Shown here: positions 24,202 to 36,700 of the stretch, piece after piece | Position numbering within the stretch: position 1 is the first letter of the stretch | Layout: the number at the start of each line of letters is the position of its first letter | Source of the DNA: Amoebophrya sp. A120 | Taxonomy: Eukaryota > Protista > Dinoflagellata | Reading direction: 5' to 3' | DNA length: 64,000 nt | NCBI GenBank assembly: GCA_905178155.1 | Contig: CAJINV010000005.1 | Coordinates: forward strand, 4,133,556 to 4,197,555 | Program-made: the position numbers and the translations under genes | Notes under the pieces: model-generated | What the model was told of the DNA's origin: nothing | Database searches by the model: none | What the model saw: only the letters and a program-made list of their open reading frames with translations

Positions 24202-27200
24202 CTACACTAATAAGACTATTGCGTGGAAGCGGTATGCGCCGTGCGTAACAGGGTCAATCACGTGACAATTGTCGTGTGGTAATTTTTCGCAAGGGAGCAG
24301 TTGTGCACTCTCATACTGTGGCTGATCGCTGTTGAGCAGCAGTGGAGCTGGTCCCGGTGGCGCGTGGGCGTGCAGCGCTGGCGCACCTGCACCGCTCATC
24401 TTTTCCAGCGCCGTCTGGGTTTTCCCGCCGTCAGACGAGGACGAAAAGCGCTTTCTTGTCGTCGCACTCCCAGCAACATTCTTGTTTGCTCCCACCAGCA
24501 TCGCCAACGCACTCTTTTTGTTCGCGTTGGACCACCATCATCGACAAAACCACCGGCACATGACACTTTTCAACTACATACTTTATTTACACATACTACA
24601 ACAAGAAAAGCCATAAGTAAGCAAAAAAGTCAACGTCTTCCACATCTGCTTGCTCTCGTCGTGTCAGGAGGCGATCTGCTCCACCAGAAGCGCTCTCTGG
24701 AGTGAGTAGAAGAAGAGCTACAGATTAATATGACACTGTATATCGTCATCGTCTGCTTATATGCCAGTAGATTTTTCCGTACGATATGGATCCGGCTGCT
24801 GCGCCGGCAGCTTTGTTCTTTAGCTTGCTTGCAGCCAGCAAAGCCCCGAGCCCCCCGCCTCTCTTCCTATACATACAAAATATGTCTGGGTCTGGAATGT
24901 TGTGATGCTAGTGCCTGGATGACAACTGGACCTGCAGTAGCTAGAAGACAGCCAGGTGTGCCAAATTGAAATTGTAAAGCGGTTCTGTAGTGCGTATTGC
25001 GTTTGCGCCAGACAGATCACGTTATCGCATGACAAAGTGAGCAGCAACGCTGTTCCGCAACATGCATATGACACGCGTCAGAAATTCTTATTTAAGTACT
25101 TATGCCCGCCAAGCCTGCATTGTCTTGCATCCTTTCAGAGCTGCCAGACAGATGTGCATTATTTCATTTGATACGTCCCCGGTGACGAGGATGTCACAGC
25201 AGCGAGACCAGCAGCTGCACTCAATAAATCTGACGTGCTCATAGTACTCGCAGCTTGATTCTGATCTCCGTTGCTGGAGGACGGCCGCTGCTGGGTGACA
25301 CTGGATGATGTTCCGTGCTTTGTTCCGTGCTTGCTCGCGTCCGCCTTGCGCGTCACTATCCAAGAAAAAAACACCATCACAATCACACTTAGGAGGTTTT
25401 GCATCAGAAATTTGTCTCGCATGACAAATTTTTCTTGTATTGCAAAAACACAAAGGGAAATCGCCTACAAGTCTTGACTGTGATGCATTTTTGCGCATGA
25501 CAAAAATTTTTGTGTTGCAAAAGTGTGCAAAAGTGATTGTGATGGTGTTTTTTTCTTGAATAGTCACTTCAGCGATACTACTACTGCCATCCACGACAGC
25601 GCTGGCACTTGCTGCTGTTGTTTGTTGGGGAGAATGAAGATAAAAAGAGTAAGCATCAAGTTAAGGATAAAAAGCCTTAACTTTTCGGATAAATCCGCAA
25701 ACCCTTTCGGATAAATCCGAAAGAAGTGAAGTTGCGCCACACAAGAAAAGAAGCAGGGGGCGTCAAAAATCCACCGAAAAAACGCGCAAAACAGCAAGAA
25801 AAACCTTGCAAAAGCGGCGGCGAGGCCTTGGCGATGGCCTATCGTGCGTGCTGGGCAGCAATTGCACAGAGGGAAAAAGAGGTGTCGCGCAGCCGGAAAA
25901 GCAGACAGTGGGAACGCGGAGGCCTGGCAAGACTGCGAGGACACAATACACCCCCCAGGACGCACATTGTACGCGGGGCGGGCTCCGCTGCTGCTTGGCT
26001 ATTTCGCCGGTGCCCAAGCGAAGCCCCCTGTGCCGGTGTTGGCCGGCCATGGAAACTGCTGCCCCTGCCATGCCCACTTTGGTGCGAGTGTGTTCGCCTG
26101 ATTGCCCGCCGGGCCGGGAAACTCGCGCGGCGGGACGGGCGTTTTATCCAGGCGCCCCCGCCTTTGTTCTCAGGCGCCCAAACGCAGCCGCGCCGCCCGG
26201 CCAACACAGGCACCGCATGTACTCGCATGGCTGCAAGCAAGGCTCACATCAGACCACACATCTGACCGCCCTCGCCGTTCCTTGGCCTGGGTGGGCCGAG
26301 CGACACAACGACCAACGCCCGGGCCCGCCCCTGCGGCCTTGCGCTGCGGTTCACGGGCCTGCCTTTGGGCGGGCGCCCCCCCTTGAGGCGGCCAAACATG
26401 CCCCGCACATTGGTAAATGGCAGAGGCCACAGACCGGCACCACCGCCGGCCGGGCAGCCGAAGTGGCTGCGCGCCCAGCCACTGGCCCCATGCATGGGCC
26501 TGCTCCAATATCTTGCATGTCCCACCATGCCCCCCATCCATTACAAGAAAGAAGCGCGGCCGCGGCGTTCCATGTTTTTTCGCAACAAAACTACCACCAC
26601 GGGGGGCGCGCAGCTCCCTCCCCCCGGCCGCGCGCCCGCCCCGCGGGGCAAGGGCCGCCTCCCACTTCCTCCGAAACCCCGCGCCCCCATTCGGGAGACG
26701 GCTGGTTCGTTGGCAAGACAGATTCCGGCGAAGCGGGAAAGTGGCACTGGGTGACACTGGATGATGTTCCGTGCTTGCTCGCGTCCGCCTTCCGCGTCAC
26801 TTCAGCGATACTACTACTGCCATCCATGACAGCGCTGGCACTTGCTGCTGTTGTTTGTATCAAGAAACGACGAAGAATCAATTTCATCTGTTGCAGCCCG
26901 AGTGAGTACTTATGAAGCCTTTGCAACACTATTATGGATTTGAAAAAGTTTACGACCGAAACGCAACACAACCAAGTTCAGTTCCTCATGACGCTGAGCC
27001 CTGTCTTTGATGCCCGCAGAAGACTTATTTGATGGGACTCATTGAAGTGAAGTGAAGTGAAGTGAAGTGAAGTGAAGTGAAGTGAAGTGAAGTGAAGTGA
27101 AGTGAAGTGAAGTGAAGTGAAGTGAAGTGAAGTGAAGTGAGCAAGGCCCGGGTTTTGGAGGAGACCGCCACCCTGATGCGACTGCATTACGCTCCATCAA

Positions 27201-29931
27201 AGGAAGATCCATGGAAGAGTGACCAAGGGCGAGTCAAACTATTATGGGAACCATAGACGCGCGATGGGCTACGAACCGGATCCCAGGGACTGGTGCCAGA
27301 GCGTATCGTATGGGGCCGAAAGTCTCTTTTTCCTTTGGTAAGGAGGCACGAGGAAACAGAACGAGCTGCTGACTCCATCACTTTGGGAAATATGATCTCC
27401 GACAGGATGAGAGGTGTAATTCTCACCACAGGGTACACAAACCGAGGACTCGACGCCTCGTGAGGGAGAGGAATCAACTGGCTAAAGTGGACGGAATCAC
27501 AATAGCCAGGCAGACCGAAGTGGGCATTATGAAGAAACCAGACGAAGACGAAACAAACAATGACCAAGGCCAACCACCACGAACAGAAGCAAGAAAAACC
27601 ATTGTTAGAGCTTTCCGACCCTATAGTATATATTTTTTACTTTACTGTAGGGCGGAGTGAAGTGAAGCGAAGCGAAATGCTTTCTAAATGATATATCATG
27701 GTATATATTTTTACAAGGATGGATACAGAACGGTAATAAGACTAGGTTTGCCACCAGATTTGAACGAATGACCGAGGTAGGAAAATAGCAGCACAACAAC
27801 AACCGATGGAGGAAGGAGGAGGGCAACAACAACCGATCCCCGAAGGGTTTAGGGAGGAAGAACTCCAACCGAGGGTACAGAATTACCGGAAAGAACAGAA
27901 AGGGGCCCCCTTTCAACAACTGATATAAAAGGACGACACCGATGAACTAGCACAAGATTTCCTAAGGTAAGGGGGGCGGGAACGAAACAAAAGCTTTGAA
28001 GTTTACCGAGGTATTGAATGAAAGAATTTTACATCAAGAATAATTGAATTCCACGACTACCGAGATCGAAGAATAGTGAATCCAGATTTTTTCATGTTTT
28101 TTCTTGTATACCGATCGAATTCATCTCAATATTTTCCAACTCGACAAGAAAAAAAATCGGAAATTTCGAGGCGAGTCAGACGGGGGCCCATGACAACAGA
28201 GAGAAGCTGAAAATGGCAGAGGGGCTGAAAAACCGAGACGCATTAGATTGTTGACATCTGCATAAACCGAAGAAGCAAAGGCAGTAAAGACCGCAGAGGA
28301 ATCAGACTTTCCTTATCCAATATGATAGGAGAGATCAAAGGATGCGTGTGTGGAAGAAGCGCTGCCAGAATTCAGAGTCGTCAGGGCCCGGACGCAACAA
28401 CAGGGACAGAACGAAGAGGTGAACCGAACATGCCACGTGTTTACCACAACAGGGGGTAACAACGAGGGTAGAGCAGACGCAGACGGACAGAACACAGTCC
28501 TGAGCCTGATTTCATCAAAAGATTCATCATCAGGAGTACCAGACGTCCATAAATAAAAAAAAATAAAAATACATCCCGCAAGAGAGTGCAATCATGCTGA
28601 GGGGGGAGAAGTGCATTACACACAAGTTTCAAAAATACAAATCATGTGATGATTATTGCCCTAGTTTTAAATAAAAATCAACTAGAACCAGACGAGGGAA
28701 GGGGTAAACAGGGAACAATAAACCGGAAAAAAGTGGGCAATAATCTAGTTTTACACGCATACAAAGGGGCATGGAGGCCCGTGTAAAACCGTCCTCCCTC
28801 CAGGGCCTGTGCGGTCAGGTAGAGGGAGCGCATTCCTTGGTTACCCGGCTATGCCCCCGGGGGTGATGGGACTCATTTTTATATTATAATTTATGCATCA
28901 AAAAATGCGGCCATCATGCCCTTGCCTTAAGTACCCTGCAACGCAATCAATAGTAGATCTGGTGTAAGGCGTTTAGCGGTCCGCACTTAGTGTGCCTGTA
29001 TCTCCGACATGCAGCATGCCTTCGCAAACGCCATTCAACATCAATTTTCCCTTTACAGGATCTTTAAGCTGCTCAAACAGATTGTCGGTGCGACAACTTC
29101 ATTGCTACGCTACAACCAACCAACAGAAGAAGATTTTTCCACGTACGTACTCTTTCTGTCCAGCTCGGCTAGAATATCGAGCGCCTGTTTCTTCAACTCG
29201 TCATAGCTCGCTCGTTCCTCGGTTTCGTCACTGGTCCCAAGTTTCATCTTATGCATTGCAAGTACGCCTGGGTCTGGAAACGTCCCAACTTGTGATGCTG
29301 AGTTTGGAGTAGACGAATATCCGTGCTGCATAGACAGCAGAAAGTGCGCGCTCCGTGTCTCCAAAACAGGGCATTTCTCATGCAGGCTGGCATCGAGTGG
29401 CCTCTGCGGATCTTGTCATGCTCTGCGTGCATTTCAGACCTGCCCCTTCGTTCTTGGATGTCCACAAGATGCATGACAAATGTCTGCAGTCTTCCACAGA
29501 CCCAGAATAAATATTTGCACTTGATACACCTGTTGCTGGAGTAAGTGCAGCCGTCGCGCCTCGAAATTATCGACTTCGTTCTGTGGTAAAGTACACAGTA
29601 GATGATTTGCAGGAACTACAACCCAGCGGTCCACTCTGAACCTTCTTCTTTTTCGAAAACGCTAAGTACTTTTTTTCTTCGAGCCTCCAAAAATGGACCG
29701 GGTAAACGCGACAATGTAAAAAAAAGTAAAGTAAGTAGTAGTATTACCCAAAAAAACGGGGTAAAAGTAAAGTAAGTACATAAGTACCAGCTTTTTTGAC
29801 TTGAGACCCTGCACCGTATCGAGGAGGGAATTTATCTTGTCAAACGCCTGCTCGCTACTAAGTTGTTCTGTTTGCTCACGCGCCTCAAACTTTGCCACGA
29901 TCGATTCCACGACCGAATCCCAGGTATGCAT
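24202..29931 (-). CDS. Hypothetical multi-exon gene or genes (coiled-coil-like and S/T/A-rich exons); structure unresolved
   Basis: Protein-like minus-strand segments at 29790-29931, 29110-29245, 26747-26890, 25174-25290 and 24202-24507, separated by inserted elements. Confidence 0.35.
24868..25173. mobile_element. TIR introner, family A (decayed)
   Basis: AATATGTCTGGGTCTGGAA on the left, CATTTGATA on the right; TSD CTTCC/CGTCC. Confidence 0.75.
25291..26858. repeat. 112-bp direct duplication flanking a 1.12-kb GC-rich insert
   Basis: 26747-26858 matches 25291-25625 once a 12-bp tandem duplication and the 206+5-bp TIR element are removed from the left copy. Confidence 0.9.
25357..25562. mobile_element. 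TIR element, family D
   Basis: TATCCAAGAAAAAAACACCATCACAATCAC / GTGATTGTGATGGTGTTTTTTTCTTGAATA; TSD GTCAC; empty site at 26796-26800. Confidence 0.95.
27044..27140. repeat. (GAAGT)n pentanucleotide tract
   Basis: About 19 perfect copies; a short degenerate copy at 27656-27677. Confidence 0.97.
27044..28863 (-). mobile_element. Non-autonomous non-LTR retroposon-like element
   Basis: 14-bp TSD TGATGGGACTCATT (27030-43 and 28864-77); 3' tail of about 19 CTTCA units on the minus strand; no long ORF. Confidence 0.8.
29250..29526. mobile_element. TIR introner, family A
   Basis: Family-A TIRs; TSD CATCT/CACCT. Confidence 0.8.
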
Positions 29932-30799
29932 TGCAAATCTGTCTAAGTTCTGAAGCGAAGCTCTGTACCTTAAGCGCAGCTACATCTGTACTTATGCCAA
30001 AGAACTTTTACTCACGTTTTTTGGAAGAATTCTTTTCGGATGAAAAATTATCTCCTGCCCCCCTATTGTGAGGCAAAATTGGCAGGCAATACATCTTTTT
30101 ATCAGTTTTTTCTTTCCTCGTCCACATTGATTGAAGACTACGATATCAACAGACTTCCATGCTTCCAGGACAGTACCCACACCTATTTGCATTTCATATC
30201 GTGGCGCAGGCGGCGATAAGACTTGCATCACGTGAAAAAGAGCCCGGCCCCCAACAGCAGAGTGAAAACAAGAAATGCGCTCGGTGTAATTCTGAGAGAC
30301 CGACGAGGATGGTACATGTACAAAGTAGGGTCACTATACAACTCCAACCACGAAAAGCCAAAGCGACGCGGGCTACAGCAACAAGCGCGCCCGGCTGCGG
30401 CCTCAATCGTTGTCGAATCTGAGGAAGCGCAAATAGGTATAAATAACAAAGTCAAGCAAGATGTGCACCTGGGCAACACCATTAGAAAAGAGACCCAGGC
30501 TTCATGTGACTACAATGGCTGTTGCAGTTGCATGTGCCCCCGATACAAATTTTCAATGAACCGTCACCGTCTACTGCCGCTAAAATGTTGTCTGTGTCTC
30601 TTGCAACTACATAAGTACAACAGCTTATCGTGGGTTTCCTAAGCTGCCTCTCATTCCGCTCGTCCGAGAAAGATAAATCTTCCTGTTCCTCGGTCTCGAG
30701 TTCCTCGAGCTGATTGCGGCTGTACTAGCCTTGCCTGCGTAGTAACTTTTTCATTATTTGTACTTTACGTGCTGGCTCTCAACAAGAAATGGCTTCTCG

Positions 30800-33700
30800 T
30801 CATGCTGGGGTCATGGGGACCGACCTTATTTGCGTGATGATACTAGGCACCAGTAGCGCTCCGTCGCTATGTGTCACGGCGGCAGGAGTACTTTCCACAA
30901 CTGGCGCGATGTTTCCGGATTCACCTCGATCCGAGATTCGCGAGCTTGCATCTACTTCATCGTTTTGCAGCGATATGGACCCGACATCGACATCAGCGAT
31001 GTTGCTGTTCTTCTTTTTCCCCTTGTTGGCTCCTGCCGGACCGTAGGCGTTCATTTTTCCCGAGCTGCCTTTCTTATTTTCCTTCGATGAAGGGAGATAC
31101 TTGCCGCTAGTACCGGACGCCCCCTTCATCGGGGAGGACAATGAACTCTCGCTTTCCTTAGCGGGCGAGCCCTTTTTCCCAACCTTTGACGCCTTGTTTT
31201 TTCCACTTCCATTTGCAGTCCCGGGGGTTTGCACAGCGCCGACGTCCGGCAGCTCCCCAGAGGTCGCGGCTTGCGGTTGTCCGCCCTTGCCTTGTTCAGC
31301 TTTCTGGATAGAATTCTTCGTGGCTTTATTTCTCGGGGTTGCCGGCAACGATGCCTTGTTAAAAATACCCTGTACGTCGGTGAAATAGTCGAAGTGCAGC
31401 TCGGCCTCAGTTCCTTTCTTTTCGCGCGGCGAAACAGGGACCGACTTTATTGCTACCGGCTTCTTATTTCCCTTGGGCAGAAACTTCTTGCCGCCTTTCA
31501 AACCGTTCTTCGCAGTTGCCAGCGGCGGCGACCCCGGGGGCTGAACCGCGCCAGCCGAATAAGACGGTCCTTTCTTTTTTCCCGTTTTGGTAATTATACC
31601 GCTGTCGCCTTTCGCCTTGTTCATCAGAGACGAAGCTGCAGAAGCAGAAGGATCCCCGCCCTTGATGTTAGCCTTGCCAAGGTGAAACTTGGCGGTCTTT
31701 CCTTTCGGCGTAGCCTCCCCGCCTTGCGTGCGGACCGCAACTACCGGGCTCGACGGCGCTGACTTTTTCCCGCCTCCCGTGCCCTGCTTGTTCGACTTGC
31801 TCCAGCCAAAGAGTTTCCCTTTCCTCTCTGCAGCATCGGGCGAGTAGGTAGTTGCACTTTTGCTTTCTTTATTGTCTTTGGCTTTACCCGCTCCTCGTGG
31901 TCTCGCGCCTTGTTTATTGCGATCTCCGCCGTGCTGCTCCCCAGCGGCGAATATTACAGGAGAGCTGCTAAAGTTCACCGTGTATCATAAGCAAACATGA
32001 ACATCCCCCGACCCGCGCCGGCGGATCTGTGGCGACAAATCAGCACTGTCCTGCGGCTGCGAGCAGGCAATTACATAGGATTCCGTGGCGTCGCGCAGGC
32101 GATTTGTGACGCTGCTCCTCATGCGCCTGAAGAGAACCAGGGGTCTGGCACGCTAAAGAGAACAACCTAAAAATCCATATCCAGGCAGCTTAGGATCTAA
32201 ACTTAAACAGCCTTGTGTACAACATATACATCCAGCTGCATGACAAGTACCCGTGTCCTTTTATTCGAGTCGTATAGGGAGGGGGATGAAATTTTCATTT
32301 TCGAATTGTGTGCCGCTTGCCTTGACTTGTCTTTCCTATCGGGCTGCGAACACCACCCTTGTAGTTCTTACCTCCAGTTGCTACTTCGGCGAGGGACTTG
32401 GACCGAACAGGGCTGGATTGATAGCGCGTCGGGGAGTAACGTAGGGAGCTGCCGTGCAGAGCCCCTTCCACCTGCAGCGAAGAGAAACCGATCTCCAAGA
32501 GAGGATCCTTGTCGGACGTATCTTCCAGCACAGCCTCATCTGCAAAGTAGTTGTCATCGTGGTGAAGATTTAGCACACGGTCCGCAGGAGCCTCGTCTCG
32601 GCCAGTCATTCTTGGCGAATTAGAAAACAAGATATCGCTGGCAAACATAGCCCCCGTCGTCCGGGGCGTGCTGTAATCCTCCAGTTGCAAAAACAAGGAG
32701 GAATGATATGATCCTCCTGCTCCTTCTATAGTACCACCTTCGACTTCTTGCAGTGCATGCTTTCTGTCGTAGTCGTTCCGACCCGTGCTGTATCAAATGT
32801 AAAAATGTCTGGGTCTGGAAGAATTCATGTTTGTCATGCTTGTCTGGCATGACTCTTAAATCTGTCATGCACGTTACCCAAGAGCTCCGTTTTTCTGTGA
32901 TGCAGAAGCGCAGTTTGTCATGCAGAAGAGGCAACACCTAGCAGCTCAGAAACTTGTCATGCTGCGCCAGCATTTGTAGCCTCATCATGAGACGCCACCC
33001 AGCATCACAAGTTTCCAGACCCAGACATTTTTACTTTTGATATGCTGATGCTGCTAGCGTAGTTGCCCAGCAGGTCGAGGCTTCGTAGGCTTTCTCCTTT
33101 CCCTGCAGCGTCCACCTCTTCCTCTCCGAGAAGCGCGCGGTCTTGTTATCAAAAGGAAAAATCCCCCCTCCCCATATTGACAAGGTATCTATGTTTTCGA
33201 AAATTTGCTGATTTGTGACCACAAGACAAGGCATGTTTTCGTCTCTGATGCTGATTTGTGACAAGGACAAGGTATGTTCTCGTCTCTGTGTTGCATGAAG
33301 GCAACTCCACAGGCAGCTCCGCCGCATTCTACAGGCGGTTTCTCATGCTTATGCTCCTACAGCGTAGAAGTCTGTCACGCTAAGCGCCTAGGCCAGGACC
33401 TGTCTTCTCAGGCTTGATATGGGCCTGCAGTCCTCGCCAGCAAGACAAATCTCATTTGTGTACGCAAATCCAGCATGAGCAGTTTCGTTTTGATATGGGG
33501 AAGGAAGATTTTTCATTCTGATACTTGTTCCTCCAGCTCTCGTATCCTTCGCAAATCGACTGCTGTCGGCGGTCACAAACAGAATTTCTGACCGCTGCAT
33601 TTGCGAAAATGCTGAAATTGCGACTCATATGACTTCGGTGTCAACGTGAACGTCGTTTTTTTTCGCATGAGAACCGGGGTGCTGTGCACGTGCACTGATA

Positions 33701-36700
33701 CTAGCACGGGGTCGCAACAAGCTTCACGGCGCCAGGCAATCCCGCAGGCAGAGCTGGAACGGCGCGATGATTTTCAGCTACAAAGCGCTGCATTTGTAAC
33801 GCGCAGCTAGCAGTAGAACTCCTTCTCTTCGTCCCTAATGGAGGCAGAGGTTCCAGCGACACTTTCCTTTGGGTCCTATTTGGGCCAATCTTCCATAACG
33901 AATGCTGAGAAGCCACTATGGAGATGAAGAGCCTGTATTTATTAAAGACGTCTGTACGTCGTCGCTGTCTGCGTGGGTACGCACGTTCATTGCTTCGGCA
34001 CCACTCCTGCAAAGGTCACCTTCGCAAATGCTTTCTGCCATATTTCCCTAAAGGCACACTGTAAATAATGCTTTCGCAGTTGATATCGTCAAGTAATCGC
34101 GAGATATTTTTCTTCCGCTTGTCCACACTGGCCAGCAAGGCTTCCACCGATTGAGATGCGTTCGGTTCTGTCTCCAGCAGCGTGGTCCCCGGATTATTGT
34201 CGAGCAATCGACTCTATCAAGCGTTGCAAATACGTCTGGGTCTCCTGGAAGAGTGCGACCGTTTTTCATGCAATGCAACTTATGGGCCACATATTGCAGA
34301 AAGCGGCACACTCTCCTCTGGAAACAGATCTTTGTTGGAATTTCGTTGACGAATCACGAGCGAACTCTGGAACCGTAGGAACGTGGAACAGTTTTCACCG
34401 GACGGAATTCGGAGTCATTGACTTTACGCGATCACGCGCGAAGTATTTACTTCGGGACTTATTTCGTGGCTGGCTTGTTAAAAAATTGCTACACAATTTG
34501 GGACCTTGAGCCCGCAGTGGAGCACACGAGTTGTTTGTGGAAATTCCATTCAAAATTGTTTTCAGAAGAAACAAAAAAGCATGAGACGATGTCTCGTATG
34601 ATGAAGAAGAAAACGGCACGAATAAACAAAAATCCGACTTGCGATTTGCATTTCAAATAGACGACTTGTCCGAGCGTTTTCCTTTTCACTCTCGAGTCTC
34701 TCAATCACGTTTTCCACTCGACGCGAAGACTATGCTCAGAAGAACAAATCAACAGTGCCCGGGGGGTGGAGTTTGTGATTGAGAGCCCGAGCCACACGCA
34801 TCTCGCAGACCCAAACCACCGCTCGTTTACTCGTCGGGGCCCCCTGGTACTCGCCTCCCCATGTAGGGTGGCTCTTCAACGATTGGTGATTTCAGCTCGT
34901 GCTCCACCGCGGTTCTTTTCCGGAAAAAGACTCGACAGAGACCCACTCGCGTCACCAGCTAACAAGGAGAATCCGTGCTCCTACTCTGAAGAGATTCTAT
35001 CCGACCAGGAAATATTCGCCAACACTGCTGGACGAAGGGTTTTGTTGATACAGGTCCTGCTGGAGTCGACTCCACTCGAACCACTCCTGCGGGAATTCTG
35101 TTCTGGTGAAGGTTTCGTCTCTAACTCCTGTATCGGTCCGGTGAAGGTATTTCTAAACTTCTTTTGTTGTCGACTTGATTGTTAGAACCGGGCGGCGTCA
35201 TCAAGAGATTGGTCACCCTGGTGCTGTTTCGTCAAAACTGGAGCAGAGGTAGAGAGTTTTCTGAAGATAGAACCAGCTGACGGCACCGCAAAACTTTCGA
35301 CCCGATGATTCGTCGTTCCGGAGCAGAGGTAGAGACTGTTGTCGATCAACACAAAAACTCATCTTACACTGTTTGTGGTAGGCGGTTCATTTTTGAGAAG
35401 TGCTCGCACTAGAATCCGCCGTCGGTAGAAGAGAATTTTGAAAATCCGTCCGGTCGGAAGCAAAAGCTGTGGAAACAAAAACAAGTTCTCGGTCGAGTCG
35501 TTGATCGTACACCTTTTCGGAAAAAAGACAAAACTTGTAGTGCATTTTCTAGATCGCGGTCGTGGTCGGAGCTAACGGACGCTCCCACGTATAAGTGCGC
35601 TCGAAGACAAAAAGTTGCCCGAGTGGTGCGCTGAACTTTCCTTGTAGCACCTCGAGCAGCTCGCCCATCTTGAAACCCGAAGAAATTTTTGCGAAGGAAT
35701 CTCCCGGATTCACCCTATCCGTACACGAGCCGACTCCCCACTCCGACTTCATGTAGAGGTCCTTCAATTTCGCTAAGGGCTTGCACACATCAGCATCCTG
35801 CACGGAGATCACGCTTTTGCTGACGATGCGCGCAGCCGCAGACTTCGAGTCGCTCAGTGCGACGCTTTTCACGGAGAGCCCCCATGCTTGGCACTTCAGC
35901 AGGCACATTTCGAGGATGGGCACGCTTTCCGCCAGAGCCTCGATTTCAGCAGCGTAGGAGGAATTCCGTGCGCTTGCGAAGAATACAGTGTCGCTACCGA
36001 GGTAGGAGCACCTGATGCAGAATTTTTCAAGTGCATCGCATTCTTTCGACGTCATTACTCGCTTTACGCTTTTCTGCTGTTGCAAGTAGATTTCGAAGTC
36101 GTCCTCCGACAGCGACAGCAGAATGTGTCCGATCACCGGCCTCAGCTGCTTAGCGAGTCTTTCGGTGTCGTCGACCACTCCACTGGGCACGGTGATGCTG
36201 CTGTAGCGCTTCTTCTTTCGCCGTTCAGTGTCGGACTTCTGGGACAAAGCAAGAGCTTCCTCGTAGGTGCTCCTTCCACAGAAAAGAACACCGGACTGCT
36301 CATCGAAGTGTTCTCGTCTAGCAGCGATCTCTTCATCATCCAAGACGAAGATTGGTCGGGCGTCGAATTCTTCGTGCACGGCGTGGACTTCTTCCGGAGT
36401 AGCAGGAGACTGGTAGCTTGCATCAGGAAAGAATGCGAAGATCTCCCGCTCGTAACTCAGGTCGATTTTTACGCCGACCGTGGAGGATTTGAGACGACGA
36501 ATAATTCCGTTGTGCGCCTCCAGCCATCTTCCGTCTTTGGAGTCGTCGTTTCCGAGAGCAAGAGCTCGAACCGGAAATCTTATCTCGACGTGTCTCCTGG
36601 AGATGAAGAGAAGACTTCCGCTTGCTGCTTTTAACGCTGTAATTTGCTCTGGGAGAAGTGGCGCGGAGAGGTCCGACAGGATCACGCTTTCCTGAATTTC

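Noticed and set aside
25806-26915. 369-aa plus-strand ORF and overlapping ORFs
   Set aside because: The GC-rich insert is open in most frames, has a P/R/A/G-biased composition and shows no motifs.
27044-27140. Interstitial telomere, or a coding FTSLH repeat
   Set aside because: It is not a TTAGGG/TTTAGGG-type unit and it abuts a TSD, so it is better explained as a retroposon tail. The ORF is an artefact of the repeat.
28240-28300. RT catalytic motif in the retroposon (VYADV on the minus strand)
   Set aside because: It is not YADD, no other RT motifs flank it, and the frame is short.
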